DNA from: Thermoplasmata archaeon
Lineage (GTDB): Archaea; Thermoplasmatota; Thermoplasmata; Lutacidiplasmatales; UBA184
NCBI GenBank assembly: GCA_028864975.1
Contig: JAGWLG010000046.1
Coordinates: 1 to 18,401, forward strand
Length of the DNA: 18,401 bases
Direction of reading: 5' to 3'
Shown: piece after piece, positions 12,462 through 18,401 of the stretch
Position numbering within the stretch: the first letter of the stretch is position 1
How the letters are laid out: every line of letters starts with the position of its first letter
The notes under the pieces: model-generated
Told to the model about the DNA's origin: nothing
The model's database searches: none
What the model saw: only the letters and a program-made list of their open reading frames with translations
Made by a program: the position numbers and the translations under genes

Positions 12462-13705
12462 CCGCGGCTCCGCCGGCGGACCCTCCCGCCGCCCCGGGGG
12501 GCCCGACGGGCGACGCCGACCGAAAGCTCCCACCCTCCGGCTCCTCTCCTCGCCCTCCCTCGAGACCATCTAGCCCCTCTTCCTCGCCCACGATGGGCCC
12601 CTCGCTGCGGTCGCGCCTGCTCCGTGCGACTGCCCGCCCGATCCTCCTCCTGCTCGGATTGCTCGGCCTGGTGCTCTTCTCCCCCTTGATCGGCCCGGTG
12701 CCGATTCCCTGGCAGCAAGGGCTCTCGATCCTCTTCCACCAGACGACGGGCGGCTTCCTCGGGGGTTCCGATTGTTCCGGCATGGTGCCCGCTCCACGAT
12801 GTGCGATCTGGGTCGAGATCGTCTGGGGGGCGCGGGTTCCCGCGGTCCTGCTGGCCGTTCTCGTTGGCGCGGCCCTGGGACTGTCGGGAGGGGCGCTCCA
12901 GGGGGTCTTTCGCAATCCGCTCGCGGACCCGTTCCTCCTGGGACTCTCCTCGGGGGCGACGCTCGGCGCGGCCGCGGCCTTCGCCGTCACCTTCGGCCTC
13001 GTCTCGGCGGGGAAGCTGAGCGGCGGCGAGCAGGCGTTGCTCCTCCCCGGGGCGGCGTTCGCGGGCGGGCTCGTGCCTGGCCTCGTGGTCCTTTTGGCCG
13101 CCCTGCGGAGGACGCGCGCCACCGGGACGCTCCTCTTGACCGGCGTGTCCCTGAATTTCCTCTTCTCCGCCGCGCTCTCGATCATGATGCTCTACTACCA
13201 GCGCATCGACATCCAGGTCACGTTCTGGCTGCTAGGGGGCTTCACCCTCGCGAACTGGACGAACGATGGCCTCGTGCTGTCCGTCCTGCTCGTCGCAGGG
13301 CTCGCCATCGTGCTCCACGGGCGCGTGCTCAACCTCCTGCAGCTGGGCGAAGAGGTCGCCCAGAGCCTCGGGAGCGACCCCCCCAGGGTCATACGTCGTG
13401 TCGTCCTGCTCGCCACGGTCACCACCGCGATCGCGGTGGCGTTCGCCGGCATCATCGGGTTCGTCGGGCTCGTGGGGCCGCACATCGTTCGTCGGATGGT
13501 CGGCTTCGACTATCGGCGGGTCCTTCCGCTGTCGGCCGCCGCGGGCGCGGCGTTCCTGCTGGTGGCCTGGGATGTGGCCCAGGTCGTCATCCCGAACGTC
13601 GTGATCCCGGTCGGCATCCCGACCGCCGTCGTCGGGTCGATGTTCTTCCTCTACCTGCTCTACCGAAGGACGCCGAGCTCCGGACGCCCAGGAGCGAGCG
13701 GATGA
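12458..13705 (+). CDS. btuC: ABC transporter permease, BtuC/FecCD family
   Basis: GTG 12458 overlaps the SBP stop (GTGA; alternative ATG 12593). Motifs R.PAVLLAVLVGAALGLSG.ALQGVFRNPLADPFLLGLSSGA, LLQLGEEVAQSLG, GIIGFVGLVGPHIVR, IPVGIPT. Confidence 0.9.
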   Translation: MTAAPPADPPAAPGGPTGDADRKLPPSGSSPRPPSRPSSPSSSPTMGPSLRSRLLRATARPILLLLGLLGLVLFSPLIGPVPIPWQQGLSILFHQTTGGFLGGSDCSGMVPAPRCAIWVEIVWGARVPAVLLAVLVGAALGLSGGALQGVFRNPLADPFLLGLSSGATLGAAAAFAVTFGLVSAGKLSGGEQALLLPGAAFAGGLVPGLVVLLAALRRTRATGTLLLTGVSLNFLFSAALSIMMLYYQRIDIQVTFWLLGGFTLANWTNDGLVLSVLLVAGLAIVLHGRVLNLLQLGEEVAQSLGSDPPRVIRRVVLLATVTTAIAVAFAGIIGFVGLVGPHIVRRMVGFDYRRVLPLSAAAGAAFLLVAWDVAQVVIPNVVIPVGIPTAVVGSMFFLYLLYRRTPSSGRPGASG

Positions 13706-15003
13706 TCGAGCTCGTGGAGCTCGACCAGCTGGTGGCCCGTTATGGCGACACCACAGCGCTCAGGTCCGTCTCCCTACGCCTCCGCACCGGTGAGCTCGTG
13801 GCCCTCGCGGGACCGAACGGTTCTGGGAAGTCGACCCTCTTTCGCGTGATCGTGGGGCTCGTACCGATGGCGGAGGGGCGTGCCACCCTTGCAGGCCGGC
13901 CGCTCCTTGCCCTCCCCTTCCTCACCCGCGCACAGCAAGTGAGTTGGATGCCCCAGGAGGAGGCGGAAGGGGACGACCTTGAGGTGGGTGACTACGTGCG
14001 TTACGGCCGCAACCCCTACCTCGGTTCCCTCTTGCCGGAACCGGACCCCGACCCCGGTGCGGTCGAGCGCGCGCTCTCGGCCTCGGGGACCCAAGAGCTG
14101 GTCCGAAGGAACGTCCGACAATTGAGCGGAGGTGAGCGACAGCGCGTGCGCCTCGCCCGCGTCCTCGCACAAGAGACCCCCCTCGTCCTCCTGGACGAAC
14201 CCACGGCCCATCTCGACATCGCCCATCAGCTCGAGGTGCTGGAACGGGTGAGAGCGGTCGCGCACCGGATGGACCGGTGCGTCGTGGTCGCGCTCCACGA
14301 CCTGAACCTCGCGGCGCGCTTCGCGGACCGCATCATCGTTCTCTCGCACGGGCAGAAGGTCGCTGATGGGGTCCCCGACGCGGTGCTCTCCACGAGCCTC
14401 CTCCGGCAGGTCTGGGGGGTGGAGGCCGAGCTTCGGCGGGGAACTCGCGAACGGGTCCCCTACCTCATCCCCCGACTTCCCCCCGTCGAGGGGCCAACAC
14501 CGGAGAAGGGCGCCCGCGGACGGCGGGTCCACGTCGTGGCCGGAGGCGGGTCAGGCCAAGAGATCCTCCGAAGGCTGTTCGACGCCGGATACGATCTCAC
14601 AGTCGGGGCGCTTCCACTCTTCGATTCCGACAGCGAGCTCGCTGAGGAGCTCGGCCTGCCCCTCGTGCTCGAGGTTCCCTTCGCGCCCCTCTCCGCCGAG
14701 ACCCTTGCGAGGCTGGCGACCCTTCTCTCAAGGGCGGAGTTCGTTGTGGTCGCCGCCTTCCCGGTGGGGCCCACCAACCTGGCCAACCTAGAGGCGGTCG
14801 AGCGGACGGGCGAAGCTGGTCGGGTTCTCCTCATGGCGCAGCGGGGAGAGCCCCCGTGGGATTACACGGGGGGTCGTGCGACCGCGGTGCGCGCGCGGCT
14901 CCTGCGGGCGGGGGCACGAGAACTCACGGGTACCAGCGAGCTGCTGGGTGCGCTCTCCGAGCCGCGGGGGCAGGCGTCGGAGGGACAGGGGCCAACTGCC
15001 TAG
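13702..15003 (+). CDS. btuD: ABC transporter ATP-binding protein, BtuD/FecE family, with about 160-aa C-terminal extension (433 aa)
   Basis: ATGA overlap with the permease stop. Walker A GPNGSGKS, LSGGERQR, LLDEPTAHLD, LHDLNLAARFAD, and extension RVHVVAGGGSG...DSDSELAEELG...PF. Confidence 0.9.
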   Translation: MIELVELDQLVARYGDTTALRSVSLRLRTGELVALAGPNGSGKSTLFRVIVGLVPMAEGRATLAGRPLLALPFLTRAQQVSWMPQEEAEGDDLEVGDYVRYGRNPYLGSLLPEPDPDPGAVERALSASGTQELVRRNVRQLSGGERQRVRLARVLAQETPLVLLDEPTAHLDIAHQLEVLERVRAVAHRMDRCVVVALHDLNLAARFADRIIVLSHGQKVADGVPDAVLSTSLLRQVWGVEAELRRGTRERVPYLIPRLPPVEGPTPEKGARGRRVHVVAGGGSGQEILRRLFDAGYDLTVGALPLFDSDSELAEELGLPLVLEVPFAPLSAETLARLATLLSRAEFVVVAAFPVGPTNLANLEAVERTGEAGRVLLMAQRGEPPWDYTGGRATAVRARLLRAGARELTGTSELLGALSEPRGQASEGQGPTA

Positions 15004-15461
15004 GTTGCCGCGCGATCTCACGCCGTCCTCCCAGGGGCGGTAGCGTTGTCGGAGACGATCCCCGGGTCAGCCACGGCTCGGAGGGGGCGAAAGGCCCGCT
15101 TCGACGTACGAGAGGGCTCGTGGATTCGCGACCCGGAACCACGCGACGAGGACTTGACGTAGTCCTCGACAGGACTGATCTCGTGGGTGCGGCATCTCCT
15201 CACCTTGGCTCGGAAGGCTCGCGTTCTTCGGGAAAGCGACGGGAGGAAGTGGACGATTCGCTGGGGGGCTTCGAGAGAAGGATGAGCCGTGGGTTTTGGA
15301 GCTCATTAGCGGCCCGGACCGACGCGCGGCCAGCGACGGTGAACGCAATGTCGACGAGGAATGGTGAGGAGGTCCTCGCCATGGTTCAGATGCTCCCACC
15401 CCGAGTCCGTCTATCAGCCTGCGATAGACCTATCAGATACCTAGGTGATTGCGAGCTCAGT

Positions 15462-17366
15462 ATGGGCGGTACATATCTGCGTTCGGCTCGCTCGCGACTT
15501 CAGATGGCTCCATTGTTCTCCCTCCTGTCCGTGGTCGTTCTGCTCGTTTCAATCGGATCGGGTCAGGTAGGTTCGTTCCGGGCAGCCATCCAGAACGATC
15601 ACCCTTCCGCGCGATCCGTTCCGGCGCTCGTGGGTGTCCCCTCCTCCACGCTTCCACCACCCTCCACGCGTGGCGCCTCCGGTGTCGCCTACGACTATGC
15701 GGACGGGTACCTGGTGCTCTTCGGAGGTGCGGCTCCCGGAGGGGTCTACCTCTCCGACACCTGGATCTTCCAGGGCGGCCAATGGCGGCAGCTGCATCCC
15801 GCCACTTCTCCCCCGGCTCGCGACCTCATCGAGGGGCAGATGGTCTGGGACCCCGTGGACAACTACGTCCTATTGTTCGGGGGTCGATCCAGTTCCAACC
15901 TCACCGACTCTTGGTCGTTCCGAGGCGGGACGTGGACGGAGATTTGCGCTTCGTGCGGCCCCCCTGTCCAGCAAGGAGCCACGGTGTACGATGCGGCAGA
16001 CGGGTACTTGCTCGAGGTCGTGGGCCAGCATGAGTACCCGAGCTACAGCGACACTCCCGCCTACTACTCCTACCGGGGCGGTACGTGGACCGACCTGGGC
16101 GTGGTCCCCTTCGGAAAGCGGCAGACTGTGGGACTGGCCTATGACGCCGGAGATGGCTACGTGGTGGCCTTCGCGGGGAATGTCTACGGAGGAGGGACCT
16201 GCTTCGGCGCTGACGTCCTTTGTCGCGATACGTGGGAGTACCACGCAGGGGTCTGGACCGAGCTCTGCACAGGTGGCCTCGCGGCCCCGAGCTGTGCTTC
16301 CGAGCCCTCCGCCCGGGGCGCACCCGAGATGACCTTCGACCCGCTCGACGGATATGTCGTGCTCTTTGGTGGAGGGAACAGCACTCAGGACAGCGACACC
16401 TGGAGCTTCTCAGGAGGGGCGTGGACCCAGCGATTCCCCTCCGCAACTCGACCCGGCGATTCTGACAATGCCTTGATCTTCGATGCCTCGGGTCGTGACC
16501 GAGGGGTCTACTCATACACGGTCAACGGAGGGGACGACGGCTATCTCTGGCGCGGGGGAGCCTGGGGAGTGCCGTACTCGACTTACGGCACCGTCACCGA
16601 CTCGGTCACGGGGAACCCTGTCACGGGAGCGAACGTTTCCGACGGGGGTCTCTCGGCCGTCACCGACGCCTCCGGAAGCTACAACCTGAGCGAGTTCAAC
16701 GGGACCCATGTTCTGGGTCTGGTCGCGACGGGCTATCCCAATGCAGGAGCCACGGTGCTCGTCGCCGGTTCCGATGTGCTCAAGAATTTCGCCCTGTCCC
16801 ATACCAGCTCATCGCTGCGGGCGACGGCATCCGCGAACCGCACCACGGGCTATGAGGCGCTCGCCGTTCACTATACGGGTTCTGCAACGGGGGGCAGCGG
16901 TGCGGTCACTCTGTCCTGGAGCTTCGGCGACGGGAGCTCGGGGAGCCTCTATGCGGATCCGACCCACGTGTACAATGCTTCCGGTACGTTCGTCGCCCGC
17001 CTGACCGCGACGGACAGCTCCGGGGCGTCGAACAGCTCGACCGTGGTCATCGTCGTCGCACCGTACGTTGCGACCAGCCCGCCACCAACGTCGAGCAATG
17101 GTTCGACCCTCTTCGGGCTGCCCTTGCTTGAAACCGTGGCCTTGCTCCTTGTCATCATCGCCTTGGTCGCGGTCGTCGCCATCCTTCTCGTGCGTCGCCG
17201 GAAGCCCCCGGTGGCCCCACCTGTGAACTCTTACGGCGGATGGGCAGATGGTGCACTCCAGTCTTCCGGGCCAACCCCGGGAGGGTACGATCCTCCGGCT
17301 GGTCCCCCGACCTACTATCCCCCTGACGTGGCTCCGGGCCCGCCGCCCGGGATGCCTCCGTTTTAG
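15462..17366 (+). CDS. Membrane-anchored cell-surface protein: signal/TM + six kelch-like repeats + CarboxypepD_reg-like domain + PKD domain + C-terminal TM + Pro-rich tail
   Basis: Repeats of YD..DGY.VLFGG...DTW.F.GG.W (about 15669-16563); YGTVTDSVTGNPVTGANV...TDASGSY (about 16584-16800); SWSFGDGS...PTHVYNASGTF...LTATDS (about 16815-17060); TM followed by RRRK. Start ambiguous (15381 with GGAGGT SD, 15462, or 15504). Confidence 0.88.
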   Translation: MGGTYLRSARSRLQMAPLFSLLSVVVLLVSIGSGQVGSFRAAIQNDHPSARSVPALVGVPSSTLPPPSTRGASGVAYDYADGYLVLFGGAAPGGVYLSDTWIFQGGQWRQLHPATSPPARDLIEGQMVWDPVDNYVLLFGGRSSSNLTDSWSFRGGTWTEICASCGPPVQQGATVYDAADGYLLEVVGQHEYPSYSDTPAYYSYRGGTWTDLGVVPFGKRQTVGLAYDAGDGYVVAFAGNVYGGGTCFGADVLCRDTWEYHAGVWTELCTGGLAAPSCASEPSARGAPEMTFDPLDGYVVLFGGGNSTQDSDTWSFSGGAWTQRFPSATRPGDSDNALIFDASGRDRGVYSYTVNGGDDGYLWRGGAWGVPYSTYGTVTDSVTGNPVTGANVSDGGLSAVTDASGSYNLSEFNGTHVLGLVATGYPNAGATVLVAGSDVLKNFALSHTSSSLRATASANRTTGYEALAVHYTGSATGGSGAVTLSWSFGDGSSGSLYADPTHVYNASGTFVARLTATDSSGASNSSTVVIVVAPYVATSPPPTSSNGSTLFGLPLLETVALLLVIIALVAVVAILLVRRRKPPVAPPVNSYGGWADGALQSSGPTPGGYDPPAGPPTYYPPDVAPGPPPGMPPF

Positions 17367-17379
17367 GGGCGTCCTCGGG

Positions 17380-17452
17380 TGGGAGTTCTCCCAAGGCGAG
17401 ATCCCTTAGGGTGTTCGTGCTCGGGCCCCGCCACGCGACGACCGTTGGTCGT
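17380..17452. terminator. Hairpins between convergent genes
   Basis: TGGGAG-TT-CTCCCA (17380-17393) and ACGACC-GTT-GGTCGT (17438-17452) lie between the stops at 17366 (+) and 17476 (-). Loops are very short and there are no U-tracts. Confidence 0.25.
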
Positions 17453-17475
17453 GCTTCATGGGTGCTCGACGAGGA

Positions 17476-18216
17476 TCACACCTTGAGGGGCAGGGGCTTC
17501 CTGGTCCAGCCGAACCCGCCCACACGCACCGTGGGCAGGTGGTTCGCCGCCACGAAATCAAAGAAGGATCGGTTCCAACCCACGTCATCGGAGCCGAGAA
17601 CGCCCCCGGGTTGGAGGCAGGGCCAGGCGGAGTTGAACTCGAAGGTCATTGCTTCGTAGGTGTGTTCACTGTCATGAAAGAAGAGGTCAAGCTTCGGTGT
17701 GCTCTCGAGCACTTTCGGCAGGACCTTGCGCGTGTCCCCCAGATGGAGTGTCCAGGGAGCTCGAAGTTCCGCGGGCACGAGCCACCCAGACCCGTGTCCC
17801 TGGGCGATAGCGGTCATGTCCGCTTTGTGATACTCCGATGTGGTGTCGGTTCCGGGTGGAAGGTCGATCGAGTGCAAGGTCCCCTTCCCGTTCGCCTTCA
17901 TTGCCGAGAGAAAGTAGTACGTCGAGGATCCGTTCGCGACCCCCGTCTCGAGCACGACGGTGGGGCGTAACGCCCGGGTTACGGCGTAGAGCACCGGACC
18001 GCGGTCCTGAGAGTCGGTCGAACCCGAGGACTGACCCGGCTTCCAAGAGGCCTCGTGGAGCCTTCGGTTGATCTCCTGGGTGACCGCCCCCGCCTCGCGC
18101 ATCCATCCTTTGATCTCGGCTGGAGCGGCGAGCCCTCCCAAGAGGTGAGAGAGCGCGGACGGAGCGCGAAGGAACTGCCAGGCTTGCCGGGGGTGTCGCA
18201 GGGCGAACCAGACCAC
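17476..18216 (-). CDS. Class I SAM-dependent methyltransferase (Methyltransf_24-like)
   Basis: VLETGVANGSST (motif I), LHSIDLP, LHLGDTRKVLP, LDLFFHDSEHTYE...EF..AWPCL.PGGVLGSDDV. GTG start 30 nt downstream of TTTAAT. Confidence 0.9.
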   Translation of the reverse strand: MVWFALRHPRQAWQFLRAPSALSHLLGGLAAPAEIKGWMREAGAVTQEINRRLHEASWKPGQSSGSTDSQDRGPVLYAVTRALRPTVVLETGVANGSSTYYFLSAMKANGKGTLHSIDLPPGTDTTSEYHKADMTAIAQGHGSGWLVPAELRAPWTLHLGDTRKVLPKVLESTPKLDLFFHDSEHTYEAMTFEFNSAWPCLQPGGVLGSDDVGWNRSFFDFVAANHLPTVRVGGFGWTRKPLPLKV

Positions 18217-18240
18217 GCCGAACGTCTAGCAGGACGACCC

Positions 18241-18246
18241 ATTAAA
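18241..18246 (-). promoter_or_regulatory. TATA box (TTTAAT) for the leaderless methyltransferase gene
   Basis: AT-rich hexamer starting 30 nt upstream of GTG 18216; the spacing matches that at 11358/11388 and 9546/9517. Confidence 0.6.
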
Positions 18247-18362
18247 GTTCCGACAACGGGACTTCCCGAGGAAATGCTCACTTCAGGTCGTCGGCCCCCT
18301 CTAGGGGTGTGCACTCGGGCCCACGTATCTCGGGGGTGGACCTCGAGCCAACAAGCACCCGA

Positions 18363-18401
18363 CTACGCCTCCCCCAGGGTCTCCACCTCGACCTCGGCGA
18401 C
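18363..18401 (-). CDS. Possible 3' end of a gene entering from the right edge (...VAEVEVETLGEA*)
   Basis: 13 codons with host-like codon choice (GTC/GAG/GTG) ending in TAG at 18363; too short to assign. Confidence 0.3.
   Translation of the reverse strand, partial: VAEVEVETLGEA

Noticed and set aside
11702-13701. Upstream extensions of the permease ORF (from 11702) and ATPase ORF (from 12772)
   Set aside because: They overlap bona fide upstream genes in another frame; real starts coincide with GTGA/ATGA stop-start overlaps at 12458 and 13702.
14856-15380. N-terminal extension of the kelch ORF from 14856
   Set aside because: Overlaps btuD and has non-protein-like composition ahead of the signal/TM segment.
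1-18401. CRISPR arrays, tRNA or rRNA genes, kdpD/kdpE
   Set aside because: No regularly spaced repeats, cloverleaf/T-loop motifs, rRNA-like segments, histidine kinase or REC-wHTH ORF seen by eye; an Infernal or tRNAscan run would be needed to exclude small RNAs.

Overview
GC-rich window, most likely from an archaeon (probably Thermoplasmata; inferred from TATA boxes about 30 nt upstream of leaderless starts, an ISH3-family transposase, dense N-glycosylation sequons and a kelch/PKD surface protein). Left to right: an IS6-like DDE transposase with an N-terminal Zn finger, coupled to an orphan ORF and preceded by a candidate glycine-zipper micropeptide; a polytopic membrane protein with a C-terminal Zn ribbon; a complete minus-strand kdpFABC potassium pump operon with no kdpD/kdpE in the window, flanked by an atypical stand-alone receiver domain upstream and by a 32-codon ORF plus a tandem-USP gene downstream; a small conserved hypothetical gene overlapped by an ISH3 transposase; a BtuFCD-like (cobalamin/iron-chelate) ABC importer; a kelch + CarboxypepD_reg + PKD membrane-anchored surface protein; and a Methyltransf_24-like SAM methyltransferase. 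The best candidate for an undescribed system is the kdp locus (pseudo-receiver / kdpFABC / micro-ORF / USP, with non-canonical residues on the K+ path). The second is the transposase-passenger unit at the left end. All family assignments come from motif recognition only; no database search was run.
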